From NCBI GenBank assembly GCA_963727775.1, contig CAVSHB010000002.1, forward strand, positions 608,001-672,000: 64,000 nt of DNA, read 5' to 3'. How positions within the stretch are numbered: the first letter of the stretch is position 1; the number at the start of each line of letters is the position of its first letter. The stretch is from an uncultured Nitrospiraceae bacterium (GTDB lineage Bacteria; Nitrospirota; Thermodesulfovibrionia; Thermodesulfovibrionales; SM23-35). Below the pieces are notes generated by a model. The model was not told the DNA's origin. It worked only from the letters and a program-made list of their open reading frames with translations, and ran no database searches. This document shows, one piece after another, positions 39,531 to 48,617 of this stretch. The translations under genes and the position numbers were made by a program.

Positions 39531-40589
39531 ATGAAAATCGAAGCATGTCAAATTTATGAGACAGTAAAAAACAATCTTCCTGTAGGATTTACATTGGTTG
39601 ATGAGGAAGGTATGATTATCGACTTTAACTCCCAGGCCGAGGTAATCACCGGCTACCTAAAAAGCGAGGTGCTTGGTCAATCTCACCTTGAGATTCTCCA
39701 TGGCACAACCGACAGGGAAGCCTGTCCGCTGTTTCGATTCGCTCTTGATAGAAAACAACAGACAGCAGCAGTAGAGACAAACATAAAGCAAAAAAGCGGT
39801 GAAATAATCACTATCGTTGCCTCGATAGCACCTATTTTTGATGAAGATCAGAATTTCGTCGGAGGCATTGAACTATTCAGAGATATTACAAAAATCAAGA
39901 AACTGGAAAGAGAACGGAAAAATATCCTTCCTATGTTTGCCCATGATATGAAGAATCCCGTTATTACGGTTAGCGGTTTTTTATCAAGATTGCTTTCAGG
40001 GAGAGCGGGTTCGCTTACAGAACCCCAATTAAATTATCTGCATATAATGAAAGATGAGCTGACAAAAGTTGAAGACTTGATAAGCGATTTCCTTGAATTT
40101 TCCCGTTTTGAGGCAACAGAATACAAACCGTTAAAAAGTGCATTTAACATAGAAGAAGCCATAAACCATCAGATAGAAAAAATTAGACCTGAGACGGACA
40201 AGAAGGACATCCGAATCTCTTTTGAATATCCTGAGAACTTTGTCCCCGTGATCAGCGTTGACGGAAAAATGATAGAGCGGGTTCTCGCAAATTTATTTGA
40301 TAATGCGATCAAATACTCACTATGCAATTCCTCAATTACGATAAAACTTGCCGACTGGAATCTGGAAGTTCTGGTACAGCTGATTGATACAGGTATTGGT
40401 ATAGCTGAAGAAAATATTCCTTATATCTTTGATGCCTTTTACCGTGTTAGCAGAGACTCGGAAGGCTCAGGTCTCGGCCTTTCTATTGCAAAGGCTATAA
40501 TAGAGGCGCATGGCGGAAAAATATGGGTAAAGAGTGCTCCGGGAAAAGGCAGCACTTTCAGTTTCACCCTCCCGAAAGGTGAGCGGTAA
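39531..40589 (+). CDS. Cytoplasmic PAS histidine kinase
   Basis: PAS, AHDMKNP H-box, [19 protein letters not shown]. Confidence 0.9.
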   Translation: MKIEACQIYETVKNNLPVGFTLVDEEGMIIDFNSQAEVITGYLKSEVLGQSHLEILHGTTDREACPLFRFALDRKQQTAAVETNIKQKSGEIITIVASIAPIFDEDQNFVGGIELFRDITKIKKLERERKNILPMFAHDMKNPVITVSGFLSRLLSGRAGSLTEPQLNYLHIMKDELTKVEDLISDFLEFSRFEATEYKPLKSAFNIEEAINHQIEKIRPETDKKDIRISFEYPENFVPVISVDGKMIERVLANLFDNAIKYSLCNSSITIKLADWNLEVLVQLIDTGIGIAEENIPYIFDAFYRVSRDSEGSGLGLSIAKAIIEAHGGKIWVKSAPGKGSTFSFTLPKGER

Positions 40590-40655
40590 AAGTGTCGCAG
40601 GTACAGGAATAATAGAGAAATTCATTGGAGAAGAAATTAGGGGAAGATCTTAAAA

Positions 40656-41090
40656 ATGAAGATAAAACCAATAGGGATTATTCATTCACCGTTCAAATCC
40701 AAACAAGAGACTCCCATTCAACCATTCCAGTCAAAAGCTGTGGGGGAAATAAAAGTATTCAGGGAATATGAACAGGGATTGGATGATATAGAGAGTTTTT
40801 CCCATCTGATCCTTATCTATGAGTTCCACAGGTCAAAAGGTTTTAGCCTGAAGGTAAAACCCATTATGGATGACAGGCTGAGAGGACTGTTTGCCACGAG
40901 AGCTCCGAGAAGACCGAACCAGATCGGGTTGTCTGTCGTTAAGCTCATACGGCGCAGGGGGAATATTTTATTTGTGAACGGGATTGATGTCATTGACGGA
41001 ACACCATTGCTTGATATAAAGCCATATCTGCCGGATTTTAATTCAGGAGAAGAAGTCAGAACCTGCTGGATCGCAGGGAGAACACAATGA
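40656..41090 (+). CDS. tsaA: TrmO/TsaA-family SAM-binding protein
   Basis: PIGIIHSPF, GLFATRAP.RPN.IG, DGTPLLDIKPY. Confidence 0.88.
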   Translation: MKIKPIGIIHSPFKSKQETPIQPFQSKAVGEIKVFREYEQGLDDIESFSHLILIYEFHRSKGFSLKVKPIMDDRLRGLFATRAPRRPNQIGLSVVKLIRRRGNILFVNGIDVIDGTPLLDIKPYLPDFNSGEEVRTCWIAGRTQ

Positions 41091-41215
41091 AACATATAGT
41101 CATAATGCGTGGCAAGGGTGGTACAGGGAACGGATTAAATAATATATGTATACGGCCCTATGGGGTTTCTCCTGTTTTGTGCAGGGAAAAAGAAGAGACA
41201 ATTACAAGGATGTAA
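41087..41215 (+). pseudogene. N-terminal remnant of a MinD-type P-loop ATPase
   Basis: MKHIVIMRGKGGTG matches the start of the 43963 gene (MKQLTIISGKGGTG), then diverges; ATGA overlap with tsaA. Confidence 0.55.
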
Positions 41216-41331
41216 TTTAAGATGTGTATTGGACATGATATTGATTAAGAAAGCTGACAAGAGTTAACAGCGTTTAGTAAACATATCTAATGAATTGGGT
41301 GGGGTAAAATTCTTTTTGGTAAGGAGGCAGA

Positions 41332-41793
41332 ATGATGAGAAAAACAGGAACTGTAATAGCAGTGCTTACAATTTTTAGCCTTTTTTTCACTATTGACTCA
41401 TTTGCACAAATGGGTTCGATGTGGAAAGGAAGTGGTGGCTGGGGCATGGGTATGCAATATGGCAAAATGTTTAATCCTAAAACTGTTGAGACTATAACTG
41501 GAGTAGTAGTCAGCGTGGATAAAATTACACCGATGAAGGGGATGTCCCAAGGCATGCATATGATATTGAAAACAGACAAGGAAACTATTGCAGTGCATCT
41601 GGGTCCCAGTTGGTATATTGAAAATCAAGACATTAAAATTGAGCAAAAAGACAGAGTTGAGGTTAATGGCTCAAGAATCACCTTTGAAGGGAAACCTGCT
41701 ATTATTGCAGCCGAAGTGAAGAAAGGAAATGAAATATTGAAACTTCGTGATGAAAAAGGGTTCCCTGTATGGAGTGGTTGGAGACGTCGCTAA
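41332..41793 (+). CDS. Exported Gly/Met-rich OB-fold-like protein (MamS/MamX-like domain)
   Basis: Signal peptide, VHLGPSWY, LRDEKGFPVW. Confidence 0.65.
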   Translation: MMRKTGTVIAVLTIFSLFFTIDSFAQMGSMWKGSGGWGMGMQYGKMFNPKTVETITGVVVSVDKITPMKGMSQGMHMILKTDKETIAVHLGPSWYIENQDIKIEQKDRVEVNGSRITFEGKPAIIAAEVKKGNEILKLRDEKGFPVWSGWRRR

Positions 41794-42053
41794 ATAATGA
41801 GACCCCACCCAATTACTCCCTCTTAAATTGACTGTCTTTCAATTGGAAATCGCCATGGTATTCTGCATCGGAGCAGGGATATTGAAACCTTTCACCATTA
41901 TTAGTTTTTAAATAATCGCACGTCAAGTTTATTGTGATATTGCATTATATATTTGCAATGCATTGCAAATATGCATTAGGTGATTTTTTATCCGCAAACA
42001 TTCTCTATACGCTAACGCTTTGATTAATCTGCATATTTCAAATTATTCCTTCC

Positions 42054-42069
42054 TGGCATATTGTTTGCA
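42054..42069 (+). promoter_or_regulatory. sigma54 -24/-12 promoter of the NifX/MinD operon
   Basis: TGGCAT-ATTGT-TTGCA; IHF consensus TAACGCTTTGATT at 42013-42025; TTGCA repeats at 41940-41975. Confidence 0.82.
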
Positions 42070-42083
42070 CTATGTATTTTGTT

Positions 42084-42479
42084 ATGAAAATAGCCATCCC
42101 GGTTTTCGAAAACAGGATTTCGCCCCGGTTCGATTTCGCTCCCGGTTTCGGGTTATATGATATCGAGGGGGAAAGGATAACCGGTAGCAGGGAAATTTCC
42201 TGTGAGGGGTGGAGCGACAGCGAGAGGGTATCAAAATTAAAGGGCTTCGGTATCGATATCTTAATCTGCGGCGGACTGCCGGGATACCTTCAGAGCATCT
42301 TAGCGAACAGCGGGATTAAGGTGATCCCGTGGGTAGCAGGCGATATCAACGATGTGTTATCCCTTTTTCTTCGGGGACAGCTGAATTCAGGGATGGTCAT
42401 ATGTTCCGGGAGAGGAAAACGACGTGGCTGCAAGAGAGGGTGGGAAGGCGATTTTAATAGTTATGAAAAAAGGAGATGA
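42084..42479 (+). CDS. NifB/NifX (MTH1175) family protein
   Basis: KIAIP..RISPRFD.A, LICGG. Confidence 0.82.
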   Translation: MKIAIPVFENRISPRFDFAPGFGLYDIEGERITGSREISCEGWSDSERVSKLKGFGIDILICGGLPGYLQSILANSGIKVIPWVAGDINDVLSLFLRGQLNSGMVICSGRGKRRGCKRGWEGDFNSYEKRR

Positions 42480-42856
42480 GTCATATGCCGAAACTATGTA
42501 TAAGTTCCACTGGAACGGATCTGGAAGCATCTGTTGACCCGCGATTCGGGAGATGCCAATACTTTCTGATCGTTGACACTGAAACGATGGATTTTCAATG
42601 CGTCGCGAATCCTGCGTTTACGGCTGGAGGAGGAGCAGGTATCCAGGCCGCCCAGTTGGCAGTTAATAGAGGGGCGAAGGTTATCCTCACAGGAGATGTC
42701 GGACCGAATGCCTTTCAAGCCCTTCAGGCCGGGGGAGCCAAGATCGTGACAGGCGCCCGGGGTCCGATAAAAGATGTAATTGAAAGATTTAACAAAGGTG
42801 AACTCGGATATACGGGATCCCCTTCGGTTGAATCGCACTCAGGAATGAGGAGGTGA
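42476..42856 (+). CDS. NifB/NifX (MTH1175) family protein
   Basis: DPRFGRC.YF, GAGIQAAQ, GPNAF. Confidence 0.88.
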   Translation: MSHMPKLCISSTGTDLEASVDPRFGRCQYFLIVDTETMDFQCVANPAFTAGGGAGIQAAQLAVNRGAKVILTGDVGPNAFQALQAGGAKIVTGARGPIKDVIERFNKGELGYTGSPSVESHSGMRR

Positions 42857-42861
42857 ATATT

Positions 42862-43089
42862 ATGCCCAAAGGTTTAGGAATGGGGTCTCCCGGCCCAGGG
42901 CAGGGAGGCGGACAGGGACAAGGGAGAGGACGTGGCAACTGCCGGGGAATGGTAGGAGGCAGGGCTAGCGCCGGACCCGGCGGAGAATGCATATGCCCTT
43001 CTTGCGGAACCACGGCGGTACACCAGGCCGGCGTTCCATGTTATCAGTCCAAGTGTCCCAAGTGCGGGACAAATATGGCAAGGAAGTAG
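42862..43089 (+). CDS. Small Gly/Arg-rich protein with CxCxxC...C..CxxC
   Basis: GPGGECICPSCG..H..GVPC...CPKCG; RBS AGGAGG. Confidence 0.75.
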   Translation: MPKGLGMGSPGPGQGGGQGQGRGRGNCRGMVGGRASAGPGGECICPSCGTTAVHQAGVPCYQSKCPKCGTNMARK

Positions 43090-43102
43090 AGGATAGGGTT
43101 TC

Positions 43103-43966
43103 ATGGTTATCTCTATAGCAAGCGGTAAGGGAGGAACAGGCAAGACCACTGTTGCAGTAAGTCTTGCCCTTTCGGCAGGAGCGTGTCAATTTCTTGATTG
43201 TGACGTGGAGGAACCTAATGCCGCTCTCTTTCTAAAACCGTCGATCACGGAAAAGAAATCGGTAAGTGTGTTTGAACCCTGGGTAGACGAGTCGAAATGT
43301 TCTCACTGCGGAGAGTGTTCCAGCATTTGTGCTTACCATGCCATTGCGGCATTTGAAAAGAATGTCCTTATCTTCCCTCCTTTGTGCCATGGATGCGGCG
43401 GGTGTATTTTGGTATGCCCTGAAAAGGCAATCACGGAAGGAAAAAGAAATATAGGAGTTATTGAAGAAGGCACGAGCAATTCCATAAGCTTTATGCAGGG
43501 GATCCTGAACATAGGGGAACACATGGCAACTCCGGTAATCAAAGAAATGAAAAAGCTCATTAGAGAGGATGTGAATGTTATTATCGATTCTCCTCCGGGC
43601 ACTTCCTGCCCGGTGATTGAAAGCATCAGGGGAAGCGATTTTGTATGTCTCGTTACCGAGCCGACGCCGTTCGGCCTGAACGATCTCAAATTAGCAGTAG
43701 ATGTGGTAAGGGAACTGAAGCTCTCCTTTGGCGTGATTATCAATTGCGATGGCATCGGGGATGACAGGGTGGAGCGATATTGCCGGAAAGAAAATATTCC
43801 GCTGCTACTGTCCATTCCGTGGAGTAGATGTATTGCCGAAGCATATTCCAAAGGAATCCCTGCGACAGACATATTGCCTGACCAGTTTCGTTTTCTTTAT
43901 CAGAAAATAGGAAGCATCGTCGGGAATAAAAGAGATTTCGGGGTGCAGTTGGAGACTTTGAGATGA
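43103..43966 (+). CDS. MinD-superfamily P-loop ATPase with inserted 2x[4Fe-4S] ferredoxin (COG1149)
   Basis: SGKGGTGKT, DCDVEEPN, two CxxCxxCxxxC motifs, PPGTSCP, TEPTPFG. Confidence 0.9.
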   Translation: MVISIASGKGGTGKTTVAVSLALSAGACQFLDCDVEEPNAALFLKPSITEKKSVSVFEPWVDESKCSHCGECSSICAYHAIAAFEKNVLIFPPLCHGCGGCILVCPEKAITEGKRNIGVIEEGTSNSISFMQGILNIGEHMATPVIKEMKKLIREDVNVIIDSPPGTSCPVIESIRGSDFVCLVTEPTPFGLNDLKLAVDVVRELKLSFGVIINCDGIGDDRVERYCRKENIPLLLSIPWSRCIAEAYSKGIPATDILPDQFRFLYQKIGSIVGNKRDFGVQLETLR

Positions 43967-44841
43967 AACAGTTGACCATTATCAGCGGTAAAGGGGGGAC
44001 CGGCAAGACAACCTTAACTGCCGCATTCGCCCATCTTGCCGATCAAGCAGTGATAGTTGATTGTGACGTCGATGCAGCCGACCTCCATCTTATACTTACA
44101 CCGCGTATTACAAAACAGGAACCATTTCATGGAGGCCATCTGGCCTCTATTGACAATGAACGATGCACCCGGTGCGGATTGTGTGAACAGGAATGCCGTT
44201 TCGGAGCCATCAGTGCTTTCAGGGTCGATCCTTTTTCCTGCGAAGGCTGCGGCGTCTGTGCATATATCTGTCCGGAGAAGGCCGTTTCGATGGAGGAAAG
44301 GCTCTCCGGCTACTGGTTTGTCTCTGATACAAAAGAAGGCACGCTGGTCCATGCACGGCTGGGAATAGCGGCGGAAAATTCCGGCAAGCTTGTCTCCACG
44401 GTGCGGCAGAAGGCGAAGGAATTGGCTGAAAAGGAGAAGAAGGATCTCGTTATCATTGACGGCCCACCCGGCATCGGTTGTCCGGTGATAGCATCGATTG
44501 GTGGTGTAGCCCTTGTCCTTATTGTGACAGAGCCGACTCTTTCGGGACTCCACGATTTAAAAAGGATACTTGAAGTGGCAAAGCATTTCAATATCCCGGC
44601 GATGGTGTGCATTAATAAATGTGATATCAATCCGGAAAATGCCCGGTCCATCGAAGGCTATTGTGAAGAAAAGAGGATTGCAATCGTTGGGAGAATCCCA
44701 TACGATCCGGCTGTGACCTTGGCGATGATGAATGTCCTTTCGGTGGCGGAATATCCCTGCGGGCAAGTGACCGAGGAAGTAAAGAAGACGTGGAAGAAGG
44801 TGGAAGAGTATCTCTTTGGAGCTAATAAAACGAAATGTTAA
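43963..44841 (+). CDS. Second COG1149 MinD/ferredoxin ATPase
   Basis: SGKGGTGKT, DCDVDAAD, two ferredoxin motifs, ENSGKLV, PPGIGCP. Confidence 0.9.
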   Translation: MKQLTIISGKGGTGKTTLTAAFAHLADQAVIVDCDVDAADLHLILTPRITKQEPFHGGHLASIDNERCTRCGLCEQECRFGAISAFRVDPFSCEGCGVCAYICPEKAVSMEERLSGYWFVSDTKEGTLVHARLGIAAENSGKLVSTVRQKAKELAEKEKKDLVIIDGPPGIGCPVIASIGGVALVLIVTEPTLSGLHDLKRILEVAKHFNIPAMVCINKCDINPENARSIEGYCEEKRIAIVGRIPYDPAVTLAMMNVLSVAEYPCGQVTEEVKKTWKKVEEYLFGANKTKC

Positions 44842-44885
44842 TTTTAAAATTTAAGAATGGATACCCAAATAATGGAAGATTCCTC

Positions 44886-44915
44886 TTGTAATTGTTATGA
44901 GCATATGCTTATAAT
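44886..44915 (+). promoter_or_regulatory. sigma70 promoter (TTGTAA-18-TATAAT) containing palindrome TTATGAGCATATGCTTATAA
   Basis: Palindrome at 44895-44914; ATG of the DUF134 gene 5 nt after the -10 box. Confidence 0.7.
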
Positions 44916-44920
44916 AAACC

Positions 44921-45211
44921 ATGTCCAGGCCCAAGAAAGTGAGATGTGTTAAATGCAAGCCTGATGCAACGTATTTCAAGCCGAGGGCCATCCCCATGAC
45001 GGAACTTGAGGAAGTGTCTCTAAGTATGGATGAACTTGAAGCGATCAGGCTCGCTGATTATGAGAAACTATATCATGCAGATGCGGCGAGAAAGATGGAG
45101 ATATCGAGGCAGACGTTCGGTCGCATCCTGAATGGAGCTCACAAAAAAGTTGCCGAGTGTTTTTTAAAAGGTAAGGCGCTCAGAATAGAAACAAAAGAAA
45201 AGGAGAAATGA
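44921..45211 (+). CDS. DUF134 (UPF0251) HTH protein
   Basis: MSRPKK.R, YFKP, ELEAIRL.D, MEISRQTF, A.KKVA. Confidence 0.9.
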   Translation: MSRPKKVRCVKCKPDATYFKPRAIPMTELEEVSLSMDELEAIRLADYEKLYHADAARKMEISRQTFGRILNGAHKKVAECFLKGKALRIETKEKEK

Positions 45212-45212
45212 G

Positions 45213-45593
45213 ATGAAAGTATGTTTCCCGGTTGCAAAGGTTGAAGGTATGAATAGTAAGGTGTATGGACATTTTGGTTCTGCTCCCGCGTTCATTGTTG
45301 TCGATACCGCAAATAATAGCGTTACAACGATCAACAACGGCGACCAGAACCATGAACACGGTCAGTGCAATCCGGTGAAGGCGCTGAATAGCCAGCAGGT
45401 TGACGCGATTGTGGTTGCGGGTATCGGAGCGGGCGCCCTGACAAAGTTGAATCAGCAAGGTATTAAGGTTTTTCAGGCGCAGGCCCAAACAGTAGAAGAA
45501 AATATTCTTATGCTGAAAGACCGAAATCTCCCGGAGTTCTCTGCCCAGCACACCTGTGCCGGTCACGACCATGGAATAAGTTGCGGACATTAG
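45213..45593 (+). CDS. NifB/NifX family protein with His/Cys tail
   Basis: GHFGSAP, HEHGQCNP, GIGAGA, HTCAGHDHG..CGH. Confidence 0.85.
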   Translation: MKVCFPVAKVEGMNSKVYGHFGSAPAFIVVDTANNSVTTINNGDQNHEHGQCNPVKALNSQQVDAIVVAGIGAGALTKLNQQGIKVFQAQAQTVEENILMLKDRNLPEFSAQHTCAGHDHGISCGH

Positions 45594-45621
45594 GAACTCC
45601 TTGAAACAGGAGTAGCATAAT

Positions 45622-45732
45622 CATAACCCCTCCTGTACTCCCCTTATCTCAAGGGGTAGGGAAGATTATCTCGAAAAATATTGGGATGACGAAGGCCCCC
45701 TCTTAGGTTAAGAGGGGGAAGGGGGGAGTTAC
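45622..45732. repeat. Inverted pair of REP-like elements
   Basis: TAACCCCTCC..CCCCTTATCTCAAGGGG and CCCCCTCTTAGGTTAAGAGGGGG..GGGGAGTTA. Confidence 0.6.
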
Positions 45733-45760
45733 AAAAAGACAATTTCAATAGGAGGTTCTA

Positions 45761-46129
45761 ATGGCAAAGAAGAGGATAGCTATAATTGCGTGCAAGAACA
45801 TAAAGGGTATCAGCTGCGTGGGTGGTTGCCTGAAATGTTTTAAAGGTATTGCAGAGAAGGCAGGGGAGTATGAGCGGTGGAAGGATTACGAAATAGAACT
45901 TATTGGTATGGATGACTGCGGCGGCTGTCCGGGTGTATTGATGCCGAAGGTCGCTTTGATGATGGATATGGGAAAACTCTATGACAGGGATTTCGATGCT
46001 GTCCACTTGGGTACATGTATGATGAAAGCTGTACAGACCGCGAAGTGCCCGATTGATATTGAAGACTTCAAAAAGAAGATTGAGACGAAGTTTAACAAAG
46101 AGGTAATCTTCGGCACCCATCCGTATTAA
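45761..46129 (+). CDS. CGGC-domain protein
   Basis: IIAC...C...C.KC, CGGCPG, HLGTC, CP, GTH; RBS AGGAGG. Confidence 0.88.
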   Translation: MAKKRIAIIACKNIKGISCVGGCLKCFKGIAEKAGEYERWKDYEIELIGMDDCGGCPGVLMPKVALMMDMGKLYDRDFDAVHLGTCMMKAVQTAKCPIDIEDFKKKIETKFNKEVIFGTHPY

Positions 46130-46159
46130 GACACGCGGCGAGAGACACTATTTTTCGGA

Positions 46160-46393
46160 TTATGCGCCGCCGCAACTCTGTAAGAGTGCCATGACCTCCA
46201 TTGGGGGTTTTGGAAGACCTGCGATTTTCCAGGCTATGCTGGCGTCGGGGAATTTCTCCATCGTGCATTCTTTACTGTGGACATTTGTACAAACAGCGCG
46301 GGCAAACGGAAAGGCGTTGAACTTCCTGTAATATTGCCTGATGAATTTGAGCTCATATCATCTATTCAGTAACGGTTCGTCGATATATTTCAT
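46160..46393 (-). pseudogene. TusE/DsrC-family sulfur relay protein, internally deleted (not in ORF track)
   Basis: Manual translation of 46357->46160: ..FIRQYYRKFNAFP..RAVC..KECTMEKFPD.SIAWKIAGLPKP..; upstream in-frame stop; out-of-frame MKYID start at 46393. Confidence 0.65.
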
Positions 46394-46649
46394 AGCACTT
46401 AAATTTTCGGGTATTAAACAATCTGTTATCCGAAATTTGAACGCATTTCGAATAAAAAAACCTATTGACTTTTTTGGAGTGACTATGATAATTTCTTTTA
46501 CCAACGAACGAAGCAATGCTCCTTTGGTAGTTATATAAGTTTAGGTGTGGAGGTAAGGGATTATTTCTAACTGACATTACGTCATATCTTTATTTGAGTC
46601 CAAATATTTAAGCAAATAGCCAAGTAGGAAAAGGAAGGGTAACACCATT

Positions 46650-47903
46650 ATGAGCGAATCAGCAAGTTGGGATTGGGAAACGAAAGAAAAATTAATCGCA
46701 GATATCAATGATTGGAAAAAGAAGTACATTGATGTCCGTGAATTAACCCCCTCTGATGATGGTGAGAAAATAGCCGCTGTAGTCCAGCCGGACAAAGGAA
46801 AATTTACTACCTGTATAAATGGAAATATCTGGGAAGAAAAATTTGAGAGGGTATATTCACTCAAATTCAATCCTGATAATCAACTTATATCATTAACCTA
46901 TAGAGATTATGTATGGGCTTTAGCTGTTGATCATGAGATGTGGGAGGAAACGTTTGATTATATATGGAACCTGACGTTAACCCAGGATGGCAAAGGTATC
47001 GCAGTCAGTATTAAAAGGGATCCGCAACTTGGAGCTGCTATAAATGGACAAGTGTGGGAGACACTGTTCACAGATGCACGGCATCTTGCCGTAAGCCCTG
47101 ATGGAAAGAAGACGGCGTCTTGCATTCAAATAAAGCCCATGAAGTCATTAGATATCTTTACTTATCAAGAAGGCATCTGGACTGTTGCAGTGGATGGAAC
47201 TCCGTGGGAAAAAACATTCTGGAGTGTCTGGGGTCCTGCCTTTAGCCCTGACAGTAATCATGTAGCTGCATGTGTCAGGACTGGTTTTGCTCAATATAAC
47301 ATTGCGGTTGATGGAAAGACATGGGAGGGGGGCTTCGGGTTGGTCTGGGAACCGATCTTTAAGCCCAATAGTAATGATGTGATTGCACCTATCAGGACTC
47401 CCCAGGGCAGTACACTGGCGATGAATGGAAAGCCGATTTGGGGGTTTTTCTCCAATGTATGGCATCAGGGATTCAGTCCCGATGGCCAGAAGATAGCTGC
47501 TGTTGTTGCCAAATTCCCGGTTTGGACAATTGCTGTTGATGGTACGCCGTGGCAGACTGCTTTTAGTGATGCAGTTCTCGCCCCGGTATTTAGTCCGGAC
47601 AGCAAAAGAATCGCAGCAGTAGTAAAGGACAATAAAAGATGGACAGTTGCGGTAGACGGTACGCCATGGTCTGAAAAGTTCGATAATACCTGGGATCCGG
47701 TTTTTAGTCCTGATAGCCACAGGGTGATAGCCAAGACAGAAAGAAACGGCAAATTTCATATAGTTGTTGACGGTAAGGTTGGCAAGAAAGGATACGAATC
47801 TCTCTGGGATCCGGTTTTTAGTCCTGATGGCGGTAAATTATTGATACGGTGTATTGACGCTGGAAAATATTATCGCCGAGTTGTCCCGATAAATGAAATA
47901 TAA
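46650..47903 (+). CDS. tmcD: TmcD-like Trp-rich beta-propeller protein
   Basis: SWDWE N-terminus; repeated WTVAVDGTPW...PVFSPD units. Confidence 0.8.
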   Translation: MSESASWDWETKEKLIADINDWKKKYIDVRELTPSDDGEKIAAVVQPDKGKFTTCINGNIWEEKFERVYSLKFNPDNQLISLTYRDYVWALAVDHEMWEETFDYIWNLTLTQDGKGIAVSIKRDPQLGAAINGQVWETLFTDARHLAVSPDGKKTASCIQIKPMKSLDIFTYQEGIWTVAVDGTPWEKTFWSVWGPAFSPDSNHVAACVRTGFAQYNIAVDGKTWEGGFGLVWEPIFKPNSNDVIAPIRTPQGSTLAMNGKPIWGFFSNVWHQGFSPDGQKIAAVVAKFPVWTIAVDGTPWQTAFSDAVLAPVFSPDSKRIAAVVKDNKRWTVAVDGTPWSEKFDNTWDPVFSPDSHRVIAKTERNGKFHIVVDGKVGKKGYESLWDPVFSPDGGKLLIRCIDAGKYYRRVVPINEI

Positions 47904-47918
47904 CGCGGAGAGTGAAAT

Positions 47919-48593
47919 ATGTATGATTTTATAAAAGACCCAACACTTTATAATCTCGTGAGAGGGCCGTTGGTCTGGATCGCATTTCTCATATTTATTG
48001 GTGGGAGTATCTATCAGTTGAGAAATTTGATTTTGCTCGCAAAGAAAGAAAAAGTCGTGTATCCTTATATGAGCTTGAAATTGACTCTGCGTTCCCTTTT
48101 ACACTGGCTCGTGCCATTTGCGAGTGTCAACGGGCGAAGACACCCTGTCATTACCATCATGACTTTTATTTTGCACAGCGGCATTGTTATTCTTCCCATA
48201 TTTGTTCTTGGTCACATTGTCCTGATAAAGGAATCGTGGGGTATCAGCTGGTGGAACATTCCCGAAGGATGGGGAGACACGCTGACTCTTTTTGTCATTG
48301 CCGGTTGTATCTTCTTTTTCCTCAGAAGAATTTTTGCTCCCGAAGTCAGATTCGTCACATTTTCTTCAGATTATCTCATCCTTGCAGTCACTTTTCTGCC
48401 ATTCTTGACCGGTTTTCTGGCATATCACCAATTGCTGCTTCCAAATAAGACCATGGTAACCCTGCATATGCTTTTTGGAGAAATTATGTTGATAGCAGTA
48501 CCGTTTACGAGAATAATTCATATGTTTTATTTCTTTTTGACGAGAGCGTATATGGGGTCTGATCAAGGCTTTCGTCATTCACAGGACTGGTAA
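47919..48593 (+). CDS. tmcC: TmcC/HmcE NarI-like membrane cytochrome b
   Basis: GPLVW, SLLHWLVPF, LH..GH, TGFLAYH, LH...PFTRIIHM. Confidence 0.82.
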   Translation: MYDFIKDPTLYNLVRGPLVWIAFLIFIGGSIYQLRNLILLAKKEKVVYPYMSLKLTLRSLLHWLVPFASVNGRRHPVITIMTFILHSGIVILPIFVLGHIVLIKESWGISWWNIPEGWGDTLTLFVIAGCIFFFLRRIFAPEVRFVTFSSDYLILAVTFLPFLTGFLAYHQLLLPNKTMVTLHMLFGEIMLIAVPFTRIIHMFYFFLTRAYMGSDQGFRHSQDW

Positions 48594-48617
48594 ATCATGT
48601 TATGGAGGATTATATAA

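Noticed and set aside
41332..41793. Magnetosome gene
   Set aside because: MamS/MamX-like domain alone; no magnetochrome motifs or other mam genes
42084..45593. Nitrogen fixation cluster
   Set aside because: Only standalone NifB/NifX-like domains; no nifHDK/EN and no radical-SAM NifB
46650..47903. Repeated DNA motifs (TTTAGTCC.GA, GTTGA.GG) as a repeat array
   Set aside because: Explained by beta-propeller blade repeats in the protein
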